Assembly: GCA_965199955.1 (NCBI GenBank)
Contig: CBDATQ010000002.1
Span: 160,001 to 224,000 of the forward strand
Source: Spirochaetia bacterium
GTDB lineage: Bacteria; Spirochaetota; Spirochaetia; SZUA-6; Bin103
Length of the DNA stretch: 64,000 nt
Direction of reading: 5' to 3'
The translations under genes were made by a program, and so were the position numbers. Positions 1 to 9,852 of this stretch are shown one piece after another (position 1 is the stretch's first letter; each line of letters opens with the position of its first letter). The notes beneath the pieces are model-generated. The model was not told where the DNA came from, searched no databases, and saw only the letters and a program-made list of their open reading frames with translations.

Positions 1-943
1 CGCCGGCCTCCACGCTGGAGAACAGCCGGATGCGGATGTGGTCGATGTAGGGAAGCTGGTTGCCGGCGGGATCGACGACCGGGTAGTAGGGGTTGCGGGT
101 GGCGAGGATGCCGTCCACCTCATCGGTGCTGGTGTAGACCCACGCGCCGAGCTGAGGGAGCTCGGAATGCTTGATGAAGCCGGTGGTGTGGGTTCCGCCC
201 GAGCTGCCGCCGAGCAGCAACCGGTCGATCAGGTCCTCCCACGTCGCGTCGGAATTGTGTTCGGGATGGAACTGCTCGTAGTAGTGTTTGGCGTGCACCA
301 TTTCGTAGATCGTCACGAGCGTGTGCATGCGCGGGTTGGGAGAGTTGCTGGTGTACTTGACCGCGTTGTCGCCGACCTTCTCGGCCGTCATGTTGGCGCC
401 GCCGTGAATGGTGGCCCAGTGTCCGGGAGGATTCCAGACGTTGGGATTGGTGGAGATCGCGTTCCAGCTCCAGACGATGTCATCCACGGTGAAGGGGTGA
501 CCGTCCGACCACTTCAGCCCTTCGCGCAGCCAGCAGGTGACCTCGGTGTAGTCGTCGTTGTACTCGTAGCGCTCGAAGTGGTACGGCTCGTGTCCGGTGA
601 AGAACATCCCGTTCTCCAGGTACGAGTTGATGTCGAACGGAGTGTCGAAGCCGTAGCCGCCCATCTCCGTGTTGAACACGTAGCCATACAGGGTGAAAAA
701 GGCGTTCCGCAGGTTGGTGTCCCACTTGTTCAGGGTGCCGCCGTAGGTGCCGATCTCGGAATGGACTTGGCGGACGAACGGGTTCGCCGGCAGTCGTTCT
801 TCGACCGGCGGCAAATCGCCGGCGGCAACCATCTCGGCAAGCATGGGCGCCTCGTTGTATTGCTGCGCCCAAGCCGGCAGCGCCGCCATCATGATGGCCA
901 ACGCCAGCGCAAGCGCGAATCTGGAAGCGGATATTCGCTTCAT
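1..943 (-). CDS. ABC transporter substrate-binding protein, family 5 (peptide/oligosaccharide); runs off the window edge
   Basis: Not in the ORF track (no stop in window). Manual translation MKRISASRFALALALAIMMAALPAWAQQYNEAPMLAEMVAAGDLPPVEERLP...LREGLKWSDGHPFTVDDI...RNPYY...DPAGNQLPYID gives a signal peptide plus family 5 motifs; GGAAGGAG RBS upstream. Confidence 0.9.
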   Translation of the reverse strand, partial: MKRISASRFALALALAIMMAALPAWAQQYNEAPMLAEMVAAGDLPPVEERLPANPFVRQVHSEIGTYGGTLNKWDTNLRNAFFTLYGYVFNTEMGGYGFDTPFDINSYLENGMFFTGHEPYHFERYEYNDDYTEVTCWLREGLKWSDGHPFTVDDIVWSWNAISTNPNVWNPPGHWATIHGGANMTAEKVGDNAVKYTSNSPNPRMHTLVTIYEMVHAKHYYEQFHPEHNSDATWEDLIDRLLLGGSSGGTHTTGFIKHSELPQLGAWVYTSTDEVDGILATRNPYYPVVDPAGNQLPYIDHIRIRLFSSVEAG

Positions 944-1161
944 CTCTGCTCCTTCCTGTTTCGTGAAGTGGCGAAAACCGTAAGTGTTACGTCCCGATGC
1001 TTACGGTTACCTCGGTCGTTTGACGGAATGCCGATGTGTTCCTAAACCTTGCCTGGGATGTCTCCTCCTGAGCGTTGAAGAGACAGTACGCCGCCGACGC
1101 GAGAGAGTGCGAAAGAGTTGGTTGGCGGTAGTGTGCTGCCTCCGAGATGATGTGACTGCAG

Positions 1162-1190
1162 AGCGTATCGTCGGCCTGGATAGGGGTCAA
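1162..1190 (-). promoter_or_regulatory. Sigma70-like promoter for the ABC binding-protein gene
   Basis: TTGACC-N17-TACGCT on the minus strand, about 210 nt upstream of the ATG. Confidence 0.5.
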
Positions 1191-1231
1191 GGACGCCGGG
1201 CCGCGGCGTTGCCGTGGCCGGGTCCGTCGCG

Positions 1232-1437
1232 TCAGCTCCAGGTCGCCATCTCGGCCCGGAGCCCGGCCGGAAGCGACCACCTCGTGCAGCGCGTGCAACG
1301 TCTCGTCGAGCGGCACCTCGTCGTCCCAGTGATGGACCATGTACACCGCCACCCGGTCGAGCTGCAGGCGTTCCAGGCTCTGGGCGATGACCTGCTCGAT
1401 GTTGCTCGGACCGCAGGATGCGCTCCGACGGGACGAA
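1232..1437 (-). pseudogene. Aldo/keto reductase internal fragment
   Basis: IEQVIAQSLERLQLDRVAVYMVHHWDDEVPLDETLHALHEVVASGR matches the AKR core motif (SLxRLxxDxxDLYxxHxxD); no N- or C-terminus. Confidence 0.75.
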
Positions 1438-1452
1438 CGCCCCGATCCGCTG

Positions 1453-1550
1453 CCGCCATCGTCGCCTACGGCTCCGCTATTGGCCCATCCCCACCTTCCT
1501 CGGAGTCCGTCGGATGTGTCGCTAGCGCGCCACATGCGACAGACTCCGAG
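1453..1550. repeat. Dispersed double-hairpin repeat, copy 1
   Basis: CGTCGCCTACGGCTCCGCT.TTGGCCCATCCCCACC followed by a long imperfect inverted repeat (1499-1550); shared with 27773 and 56131. Confidence 0.85.
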
Positions 1551-1621
1551 GCCGTTGAAGGGCCGCCGGAATGATGGGTATCGTCGCCGGACCGATGGCT
1601 TCGAAGGTTGCGGAGATCAGG

Positions 1622-3232
1622 ATGGCATTCGAGAAGGTCGTGGCGGGCGGATCGGTGATCGACGGCACCGGTGCGGCGGCGTACCGGGCTGACGTGGCGA
1701 TCGCGGACGGGCGAATTGCGGCGGTCGGCGACCTGTCGGCAGCCGAGCGCGGCGAGACGATCGACGCCAGCGGCCAGGTGGTCTGTCCGGGCTTCATCGA
1801 CATGCGCGCCCACTCGGACGTCTCCATGCTCGACGACCCCGGCGGCGAGTCCAAGGCCTACCAGGGCGTCACCACCGAGGTGGTCGGCAACTGCGGGTCT
1901 TCGGCGTTTCCGGCCGGGCTGCTGACCCCGGCGGAGTTGCAGGAGATCGCCCCCGTGCAGGTCGTCGAAGGCAGCGCCGTCCGCTACGCGTGGAGGGACT
2001 TCGACGGCTGGGCGGAGGCGCTCGAAGGCAGCGGCGTCAGCCTGAACGTGGTGGGGCAGATCGGCCACAGCACCCTCCGGCAGGCGGCGAAGGCCACGGA
2101 GGCCCGGCCGGCGAACGATCAGGAGCTGGCGTTGATGAAGCGCCTGCTGGCCGAGGCGGTGGAGCAGGGGGCGGTCGCGCTGACCACTCAGCTCACCGGT
2201 CCGCCGGCGTCGGCGGCGCCGGCCGGCGAGATCGCGGCGCTCGCGGCGGAAGCCCACCGGTTCCCCGGCGCCTTCTACGCCACGCATGCGCGGCTCCACT
2301 CAGGCAATCACTTCAACGCCGTGGACGAGGCGATCGAGATCGGTGAGCTCACCGGCATTCCCGTCCAGTACTCCCACATCGCGCTGATCGACAGCCGTCA
2401 CCACGGCGAAGGCGGCGAGATGGTGCGGCGCATGGTGGCGGCGCGGGAGCGGGGCGTGGACGTGCTCTACGACGTCTATCCCTATACCGCCGGAGCCTGC
2501 GGGATCAGCGGGGTGCTGCCGCTCTGGGCGCAGGAGGACGGGCCGGCGGCGGTCCAGCGCCGGCTGGCCGACCCGGACACCTGTGCCCGCATGGCGGAGG
2601 AGGTCGCCCGCGGGTTCTGGGGAGGCGTGCCGCTGCCTTGGAACAAGTACGTGATCACCGTGGCGAACCGGGACTCGACGCGCTGGATGGTCGGCAAGGT
2701 GTGGACGGAGATCGCAGCCCGGCGTGGCGAGGCCCCGGTGGAGGCGGTCCTGTCGGTGGCCCGCGAGGACCCCTGGCTGGAGGGCGTGGTGCACATCCGC
2801 TCGGAAGACGACGTGCGCTACTTCCTCGGCCATCCGCTGGCGATGATCGGCTCCGACGGAAAGGCGGTGTCGCCCGACGGCGTGTGGGGAGCCGGCTCGC
2901 CGCATCCGCGCGTCTACGGCTGCTACCCGCGGGTGCTCGGCCGCTACGTGCGCGAGCTCGGGGTGCTGACGCTGGAGGACGCCGTGCACAAGATGACCGG
3001 CGCGGTGGCCGACCGGCTGCATATGGAGAGCCGCGGGCGGATCGCCGCGGGCAAGGCGGCCGACGTGGCCGTTTTCGATCCGGACACCGTCATCGACAAC
3101 GCGACCTGGGAGGACCCGCACCGTTATCCGGACGGCATCGGCCACGTCCTGGTGAACGGCGAGTCGGTGATCCGCGACGGCGTCCACACCCACGCCCGCC
3201 CGGGGCGGGTGCTGCGCCGTGGCGCCGAGTAG
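1622..3232 (+). CDS. N-acyl-D-amino-acid deacylase (D-aminoacylase family amidohydrolase)
   Basis: GGSVIDGTG, PGFIDxxxHSD, GVTTEVVGNCG, YDVYPY, MIGSDG, PHPRxYG motifs; ATG at 1622 chosen for its GGAG RBS. Confidence 0.9.
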   Translation: MAFEKVVAGGSVIDGTGAAAYRADVAIADGRIAAVGDLSAAERGETIDASGQVVCPGFIDMRAHSDVSMLDDPGGESKAYQGVTTEVVGNCGSSAFPAGLLTPAELQEIAPVQVVEGSAVRYAWRDFDGWAEALEGSGVSLNVVGQIGHSTLRQAAKATEARPANDQELALMKRLLAEAVEQGAVALTTQLTGPPASAAPAGEIAALAAEAHRFPGAFYATHARLHSGNHFNAVDEAIEIGELTGIPVQYSHIALIDSRHHGEGGEMVRRMVAARERGVDVLYDVYPYTAGACGISGVLPLWAQEDGPAAVQRRLADPDTCARMAEEVARGFWGGVPLPWNKYVITVANRDSTRWMVGKVWTEIAARRGEAPVEAVLSVAREDPWLEGVVHIRSEDDVRYFLGHPLAMIGSDGKAVSPDGVWGAGSPHPRVYGCYPRVLGRYVRELGVLTLEDAVHKMTGAVADRLHMESRGRIAAGKAADVAVFDPDTVIDNATWEDPHRYPDGIGHVLVNGESVIRDGVHTHARPGRVLRRGAE

Positions 3233-3294
3233 CCACGGCGCTGCCATGCCCGCGGTCCGCGGGTCCTGAGTGCGGCGTGAAGGAGTAGTCGAGG

Positions 3295-5058
3295 ATGGCC
3301 ACGGAGTTGCACCTGCGCCGGTACGGCGCCACCCCGAATGCCGGCGCCAACAGCATCGAGTCGTTTCGTCGGCTCGCCGCCGATGCTTCCGGGCGCGAGG
3401 ACGTGACCGTGCTGCTCGGGGGCGGCACCTACCTGCTGGGAGACGCGGGCGGCATGGCCGAGTTCGAGCGCCTCATGCACTCGGCGCTGCCTGGCATGAA
3501 CTGGGCCGATCCGCCCGACTACGCCGCCTATCCGTTCGGGACCGCGATGTTCTTCGACTCGTGCCGGAACCTCACCGTCGACGGCGAGGGGGCCGTCCTG
3601 GTGATGCGTGGCTTCACCCGGCCCGCCCGCTTCGCCAACTGCACCGGGGTGCTGACGGTACGCAACCTGACGATCGACTGGGACCGCCCCTTCTACTCGA
3701 TCGGCGAGATCCTGAACGCGCGGCCCGCGGCCGCCGGCGAGGAGGGCGGATACCTCGACGTGCGCGTGTTCGACGAGTTCCCGGTGTCCGGGGGCGAGCC
3801 CGTGCACATCTTCCAGGAGTACGAGCCCGGCACCTTGCGGCCCATGCGGCGCGAGTTCATGGGCCTGGACTCAAGCGAGCTCGTCGCCCCGCAGACCCTG
3901 CGCCTCAACATGAAACGGGGATTCCAGGTGGATCCCGGCAACTCGGTCTGCCTGCGCCACCCCCACTACTGCTTCAACAACCTGGATTTCTCCCACAACG
4001 AACAGATCGTCCTTACCGACGTCACCGTTCACGGCAGCGGAGGCTTCGCCTTTGGCGGCAGCCACAACCGTGACGTCACCGCCACCCGCGTGCGCATCGT
4101 CCCGCGGCCCGGGACCATGCGGATGATGTCCAGCAACCACGACGGCATGAGCTTCAGCGCCGGCCGCGGCACGGTCACGTACGAAAGCTGCGCGTTCGAG
4201 GGAATGGGCGACGACTGCGCCGGAGCCTCGGGCGACTCCGGGCGCCATGCCTACGTGCGGGAGGTGCTCGACGCGCACACGCTGGTGGCGTACTTCAAGG
4301 ACTACCACCACGTGCAGGTGTCGGGAAATTCCCACTGTCCTCTCCCGGGTGAGGATCTGTTGTTCACCGACCTGGAGGGCTTGAACCTCGACTACTGGAA
4401 CGGGACGGTCCAGGCCTCCTCGCTCGATCCTGGCACCGGAGTGATGAGGATCACCCTTGCCGAACGCATCCCGGACACGGTGGCACCGGGCCATGTCTTC
4501 AACAACACCAGTTACTCGTACCGGCTGCGCTACGACGGATGCTACTTCGGTCCCAATCGAAGCCGGGGCGCCATCACGTCGACCAGCGACGTCCTGGTCG
4601 AGAACTGCCGCTTCGATCGGTCCGGGGGCACCGCCACGTATGTCTCCACCGAGCTGTACTGGGAGGTGAGCCGCGGCCGGCGCAACATCACGATCCGCAA
4701 CAACACCTACCACGACTGCGGCAAGGCGGCCGGCAACATGGGGAGCCACGCCATCGCGGTCGACGCCACCGGCTTCCGCCTGTATGGCCACGAGGACGAC
4801 TTCGGCCCGGCGGGCTTCCACCGCAACGTCCTGATCGAGGGCAACACCATCGCCGGTGACGGCGTGGCCATCAGCCTCTGCTCTGCGGAGGACGTGGTGG
4901 TGCGCGACAACCGCATCGAAGGAACGAATCCGGCGATTGCCCTGCACAACTGCCGCAACGTCCGGATGGAGGGGAACACCCTGCCGGCGGGCGCCGGCGC
5001 CGCCGAGGCGGTGCTGATCGGCAGCGGCTGCGACCGGCGAACCGTGACCATCACCTGA
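3295..5058 (+). CDS. Right-handed parallel beta-helix protein, GH110 (alpha-1,3-galactosidase)-like
   Basis: NLTIDWDRPF, FEGMGDD, NRSRGA, VLVENCRF, NITIRNNT, NVLIEGN PbH-type repeats; GAGG RBS; no signal peptide. Confidence 0.7.
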   Translation: MATELHLRRYGATPNAGANSIESFRRLAADASGREDVTVLLGGGTYLLGDAGGMAEFERLMHSALPGMNWADPPDYAAYPFGTAMFFDSCRNLTVDGEGAVLVMRGFTRPARFANCTGVLTVRNLTIDWDRPFYSIGEILNARPAAAGEEGGYLDVRVFDEFPVSGGEPVHIFQEYEPGTLRPMRREFMGLDSSELVAPQTLRLNMKRGFQVDPGNSVCLRHPHYCFNNLDFSHNEQIVLTDVTVHGSGGFAFGGSHNRDVTATRVRIVPRPGTMRMMSSNHDGMSFSAGRGTVTYESCAFEGMGDDCAGASGDSGRHAYVREVLDAHTLVAYFKDYHHVQVSGNSHCPLPGEDLLFTDLEGLNLDYWNGTVQASSLDPGTGVMRITLAERIPDTVAPGHVFNNTSYSYRLRYDGCYFGPNRSRGAITSTSDVLVENCRFDRSGGTATYVSTELYWEVSRGRRNITIRNNTYHDCGKAAGNMGSHAIAVDATGFRLYGHEDDFGPAGFHRNVLIEGNTIAGDGVAISLCSAEDVVVRDNRIEGTNPAIALHNCRNVRMEGNTLPAGAGAAEAVLIGSGCDRRTVTIT

Positions 5059-5175
5059 CGTGGCTGATGGGTCCCGCGGGGGTTGGCGGCGAGCGACGGG
5101 GCGGTCTCTCGCCGCACCGTCACAGGCTTGCCTGGTGGTGCGGGAGTGACGATCTTGTGGACCCGTGTTCTACGT

Positions 5176-5259
5176 TGCCCGGAAGAGGACTCGAACCTCC
5201 ACAGCCTTGCGGCCACTAGACCCTGAACCTAGCGTGTCTACCAATTTCACCATCCGGGC
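5176..5259 (-). tRNA. tRNA-Leu(CAG)
   Basis: GCCCGGATGGTGAAATTGGTAGACACGCTAGGTT-CAG-GGTCTAG...GTTCGAGTCCTCTTCCGGGCA; long variable arm; CCA not encoded. Confidence 0.96.
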
Positions 5260-5268
5260 CGGGACCGC

Positions 5269-5298
5269 AGGGTAGGAAGTGAACCGCCTCGATGTCAA
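5269..5298 (-). promoter_or_regulatory. Sigma70-like promoter for tRNA-Leu
   Basis: TTGACA-N18-TACCCT, ending 9 nt before the tRNA 5' end. Confidence 0.6.
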
Positions 5299-5448
5299 CG
5301 GTGCGCAGGCCGCCGCGGCGACTCGACGCCGAGCGCTGGCATGCGGTAGCCTCCGTGGCTCGACGGTGCCGGGACCGGCTCCGCCGGACGACACGTCGGG
5401 CGAATCCAGATACAGCAGTCGCAGGGACATACCTCGCAAGGGAGCAGC

Positions 5449-6852
5449 ATGATCGGGATCGGACTCGATTTTGGCACCACCAACAGCACGCTCGCCGTCT
5501 GGGAGGCGGACCGCATCACCTATATCGATCTGGACGCGGCGGCGGCCAACCCCAAGATCATGCCTTCGGCGCTGTATCTGGACCGCTCCATGGGGCGCTC
5601 GGTGGGTACTGCGGCGATCGACCGTTACCTCGGCGACAACCGCGGGCGGATCGTCCGCCTGAAGCGGGTCAAGGTGGGCCAGATCGCCATGACCTTCAGC
5701 ACGACCGACTCGCAGCGCGCAGGCCACGGACGCGGCGACACCACGCGCGTCCATCAGGTGTCGGGCTATGACGACACCGAGCTGCCCGGGCGGCTGTTCC
5801 GGGGACTGAAGAGCTTCCTCGGCGTGGCCGAGCAGAGCCGCTTCAAGGTGTTTCACCGCAGTTTTCACATCGTGGCCCTGGTCACGCTCATCTTGGCCGA
5901 GATCCGCTCGGTCCTGGAGCCGGCCGGGTACGATGTCGGCCGCGGCATCCACATCGGCCGTCCGGTGCGCTACGTAGGCGGCAACGGCGCCAACGACGTC
6001 GCCGTGAAGCGGATGACCACCGCCTGCCAGAACGCCGGCTTCGACGATGTGGTGTTCTACCCGGAACCGGTTGCGGCAGGCTTGAGCTATCTGCGGACGG
6101 CTTCCGCGCAGCCCGAACACCTGCTCACCTTCGACTTCGGCGGCGGCACGCTCGACCTGTGCCTGCTGTCGACGCGCAACGGCGGCTTCGAGGTGGTCGC
6201 CACCCGCGGGCTGCCGATCGGCGGCAATCACATCGACCAGCAGATCATGCGCAACGTCATCTTCCCGGAGCTCGGCGAGGGGTGCGCGGTGAAGAGCTCA
6301 CTGTCGCGGGCGGAGCCCGATTCGGTGTTCCCGTTCTACCGCTACCAGGACTACCTGCTGAACTGGCAGACCTCCTACATGTCGAACCGCCCGGAGCTCA
6401 TGGAGAGCATTCTCGCCGGCATCCAGTCCGGTCCCGACGCGCGTCGCAGGCTGACCCGGCTCTGGAAGTTGATCCGCGGCAACGCCGTGTACGCCTTGCT
6501 GAGCGCCACCGAGGCCGCCAAGGCGGAGCTGTCCGAGCTGGAGGAGACGGAGATCCGCCTTGACGAGGTCGACCTTCGCCTGCCGTTCGATCGCACCCGC
6601 CTCGAGCGGGTGCTGGAGCCGACGATGGAACGGGTCGATGCAACCGCCCGGGCGCTGCTCGCCGATGCCGGTATCGATGCCGATGACGTCGACCAGGTCG
6701 TCTGCACGGGCGGATCTTCTCAGCTCGTGCCGGTGCAGCGCTGGCTGGCCGAGGTCTTTCCCGGCCGGGTGGAGGACTTCGACTACTACCGAAGCATCGC
6801 CGGCGGGCTGGCGATCGCCAACGCGTGCGAGAGGGAGCTGGCGGCCGTTTAG
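5449..6852 (+). CDS. Hsp70-family protein (YegD-like, ATPase domain only)
   Basis: GLDFGTTNS, IGRPV, EPVAA, FDFGGGTLD, CTGGSS motifs; 467 aa, no substrate-binding domain. Confidence 0.85.
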   Translation: MIGIGLDFGTTNSTLAVWEADRITYIDLDAAAANPKIMPSALYLDRSMGRSVGTAAIDRYLGDNRGRIVRLKRVKVGQIAMTFSTTDSQRAGHGRGDTTRVHQVSGYDDTELPGRLFRGLKSFLGVAEQSRFKVFHRSFHIVALVTLILAEIRSVLEPAGYDVGRGIHIGRPVRYVGGNGANDVAVKRMTTACQNAGFDDVVFYPEPVAAGLSYLRTASAQPEHLLTFDFGGGTLDLCLLSTRNGGFEVVATRGLPIGGNHIDQQIMRNVIFPELGEGCAVKSSLSRAEPDSVFPFYRYQDYLLNWQTSYMSNRPELMESILAGIQSGPDARRRLTRLWKLIRGNAVYALLSATEAAKAELSELEETEIRLDEVDLRLPFDRTRLERVLEPTMERVDATARALLADAGIDADDVDQVVCTGGSSQLVPVQRWLAEVFPGRVEDFDYYRSIAGGLAIANACERELAAV

Positions 6853-6854
6853 CT

Positions 6855-7406
6855 TCAGCGGTCGCGGTCGGGCGCGGACTCGTCGGCTTCCTCCGCGGCC
6901 TCGGCGGCGGCCTCCGCCCGCAGGAAGTCGGTCACGTTGCGGTGGCCGCCCAGGTCAAGCTCCTCGAAATCGGTGCGTGCGCGCACGGCGTTCAGGATCG
7001 CCTCGAACGACTCGAACTCGTCGGAGAGCTCGACGAGCTGATCCTGGTCGGCCCGGTAGAGGAAGATGCTGCGGCGCCGCTTGTTGGTGGCAAGCCCGGC
7101 GCGGGTCAGTTCCGTCCAACGCACGACGGCCTGCTCCTCGCCCATGAAGTCCAGCTCGATCCGGTCATCGAACAGCCGCAGCCTGTTGCGGGACTGCTTC
7201 AACAGGTAGCGGAGCACGCGGTAGCCGATCAGGCCGACCGGCGCGACGCCGATCAGAACCGGCCAGGCCTCGGCCAGCAGGGCGACGGCCACGATGATCG
7301 CGATCAGACCCGGAGGCAGCAGCAGCGGCACCAGGGCGCGCGGATTGGAGCGAAGCGTGATGCGCGACTGCAGGAGCGCTGCTTCGTTCGCGGGCACGGC
7401 GTCCAT
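6855..7406 (-). CDS. Hypothetical membrane protein (2 TM plus soluble domain)
   Basis: Two hydrophobic segments, coding-like codon usage, fills the gap between flanking genes. Confidence 0.65.
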   Translation of the reverse strand: MDAVPANEAALLQSRITLRSNPRALVPLLLPPGLIAIIVAVALLAEAWPVLIGVAPVGLIGYRVLRYLLKQSRNRLRLFDDRIELDFMGEEQAVVRWTELTRAGLATNKRRRSIFLYRADQDQLVELSDEFESFEAILNAVRARTDFEELDLGGHRNVTDFLRAEAAAEAAEEADESAPDRDR

Positions 7407-7542
7407 CTTAGGGGCGCGGCGAGCCTGAAGGGAAGGTCAGGCGGAGATCCGGGGGTGAGTGCCGCTTCGCTATGATAGTGCTATACTTGAAGTAGCGTTG
7501 CCGCGGCGCGGCGCTGCCAAACCCCTTCCGCAAGGACATTCG

Positions 7543-9840
7543 ATGAGACGCTTCTTCTCCGTATCGCTCATTCTGGCCCTAGCCGTGCTTCCGGCCGCAC
7601 TCGGTTTTGCCGACGAGACCGCTGCCGGGCAGGCGGCCGAAGAGGGCCCCGACATGATGTGGGTCACCTGGATCGGCTCCGTGGCCGCACTCGGTTTCTC
7701 CCTGATCCTGGCGCTCGCCGTGCTGCGCAAGGAGCCCGGCAACGACCGCATGAAGGAACTCAGCCGCGCCGTGCAGGAGGGGGCGATCGCCTACCTGAAG
7801 CAACAGTACAAGGTGGTGGCGATCTTCTTCGTGGTGCTGTTCGCGATCCTGGGGGTGATCTCCTGGGGGCTGGGCCTGCTGTCGGGCTTCGTGCCGTTCG
7901 CGTTCATCACCGGCGGCTTCTTCTCGGCTCTGGCCGGATACATCGGCATGACCGTGGCGACCCGCGCCAACGCGCGCACCGCCTGGGGCGCCCGCGAGAG
8001 CCTCAACGCCGGGCTGCGCGTGGCATTCTCCTCGGGGACGGTGATGGGCATGACCGTCGTCGGCCTGGGGCTGCTGGACATCTCGATCTGGTGGTGGCTG
8101 CTGCGCGCGGTGTTCGAGGTCTCGCCGGAGGAGATCCCGCCGATCATGATCACCTTCGGCATGGGCGCATCGGCGATGGCGCTGTTCGCCCGCCTGGGCG
8201 GCGGCATCTTCACCAAGGCCGCCGACGTCGGCGCAGACCTGGTCGGCAAGGTGGAGGCGGGCATCCCGGAGGACGATCCCCGCAACCCGGCGTCGATCGC
8301 CGACAACGTCGGCGACAACGTCGGCGACGTGGCCGGCATGGGCGCCGACCTGTACGAGTCGTACGTGGGCTCGATCATCGCCACCATGGCGCTGGGAGCG
8401 GTCGCCTCGCTCAGCCTGGACTCGATCTCGACGCTGCAGGCGATACAGGTGCCGGTGTCGATCGCGACCATCGGCGTGCTGTGCTCGATCCTGGGCACCT
8501 TCGTGGTGCGCGCCAAGGGCGACGCCAGCCAGGCGGTGCTGCTCGGCGCGTTGCGGCGCGGCACCTACGGGTCGACCGCGCTGATCGCGATCGGTTCCTT
8601 CCTGCTGGTGATGTTCACGCTCGGCAGCGAGTTCCTGGGAATCTGGGCTGCCATGATCGTCGGGCTAATCGCCGGCAACGTCATCGGCTACTTCACCGAG
8701 TACTACACCTCCGACCACTACAAGCCCACGCAGCTCCTGTCCAACGAGGCGATCACCGGTCCCGCGACCACCATCATCGGCGGCGTCGGCCTGGGCATGC
8801 TCTCCACGCTGATCCCGGTGCTCACGGTGGTCGGCGCGACGCTGGCGGCATTCTTCCTGTCCGGCGGCGCCGCTCATCCCGGCCTCGGGCTGTACGGGAT
8901 CGGGCTGTCCGCGGTCGGCATGCTGTCGACGCTGGGCATCACCCTGGCCACCGACGCCTACGGGCCGGTTGCGGACAACGCCGGCGGCATCGCCGAGATG
9001 GCCAAGATGGAGCCGCACGTGCGCGAGCGCACCGACGCGCTCGACTCGCTGGGCAACACCACGGCCGCCACCGGCAAGGGCTTCGCGATCGGCTCCGCCG
9101 CGCTGACCGCGCTTGCGCTGCTGGCCGAGTACGGCAACAAGATCAAGGAGGCGTTCGAGCAGCTCGACGTGTCGCCGCTGTTCGAGGAGTTCTACTCCGG
9201 CTTGGTCAAGATCGTCCGCGGGGCCGACGGCCACATCATCGGCGTGGACATGAACATCAACCTGCTGGACCCGAAGATCCTGATCGGACTGTTCATCGGC
9301 GCCATGCTGCCGTTCGTGTTCTCGTCCCTGTCGATGCGGGCGGTGGGCCGCGCCGCCGGCGACATGGTCAAGGAGGTGCGCCGGCAGTTCCGGGAGAAGC
9401 CGGGCCTGCTGGAGGGCAAGGACCGCCCGGACTACGCCGGCTGCGTGGCCATCTCCACCCAGGGTGCACAGCGCGAGATGGTGGTGCCGTCGCTGCTGGC
9501 GGTGATAGCCCCGGTCCTGACCGGCATCATCTTCGGGCCGTTCACGGTGATCGCGCTGCTTGCCGGGGCGCTGACCTCCGGCTTCGTGCTGGCCATCATG
9601 ATGGCCAACGCTGGCGGTGCCTGGGACAACGCCAAGAAGTTCATCGAGGGCGGCGCGCACGGCGGCAAGGGTTCGGAGGCGCACAAGGCGGCGGTCGTGG
9701 GCGACACGGTCGGAGATCCATTCAAGGACACCTCCGGGCCGTCGATCAACATCCTGCTGAAGCTCATGTCGATGGTGTCGATCGTGTTCGTGACGACGGT
9801 AATCGCGCTCAACGACCTGTTCATCCGGATCTTCTCGTAG
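7543..9840 (+). CDS. hppA: Membrane-bound K+-dependent, probably Na+-translocating pyrophosphatase
   Basis: DVGADLVGKVE, DNVGDNVGD, GNTTAA (K+-dependent Ala) and ADLYESY (Na+-PPase-type Glu); AAGGA RBS before ATG 7543. Confidence 0.95.
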   Translation: MRRFFSVSLILALAVLPAALGFADETAAGQAAEEGPDMMWVTWIGSVAALGFSLILALAVLRKEPGNDRMKELSRAVQEGAIAYLKQQYKVVAIFFVVLFAILGVISWGLGLLSGFVPFAFITGGFFSALAGYIGMTVATRANARTAWGARESLNAGLRVAFSSGTVMGMTVVGLGLLDISIWWWLLRAVFEVSPEEIPPIMITFGMGASAMALFARLGGGIFTKAADVGADLVGKVEAGIPEDDPRNPASIADNVGDNVGDVAGMGADLYESYVGSIIATMALGAVASLSLDSISTLQAIQVPVSIATIGVLCSILGTFVVRAKGDASQAVLLGALRRGTYGSTALIAIGSFLLVMFTLGSEFLGIWAAMIVGLIAGNVIGYFTEYYTSDHYKPTQLLSNEAITGPATTIIGGVGLGMLSTLIPVLTVVGATLAAFFLSGGAAHPGLGLYGIGLSAVGMLSTLGITLATDAYGPVADNAGGIAEMAKMEPHVRERTDALDSLGNTTAATGKGFAIGSAALTALALLAEYGNKIKEAFEQLDVSPLFEEFYSGLVKIVRGADGHIIGVDMNINLLDPKILIGLFIGAMLPFVFSSLSMRAVGRAAGDMVKEVRRQFREKPGLLEGKDRPDYAGCVAISTQGAQREMVVPSLLAVIAPVLTGIIFGPFTVIALLAGALTSGFVLAIMMANAGGAWDNAKKFIEGGAHGGKGSEAHKAAVVGDTVGDPFKDTSGPSINILLKLMSMVSIVFVTTVIALNDLFIRIFS

Positions 9841-9852
9841 TACTGCACGCGC

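Noticed and set aside
1..5175. Genomic island at the tRNA-Leu 3' end
   Set aside because: No integrase, att repeat or obvious compositional shift within the window
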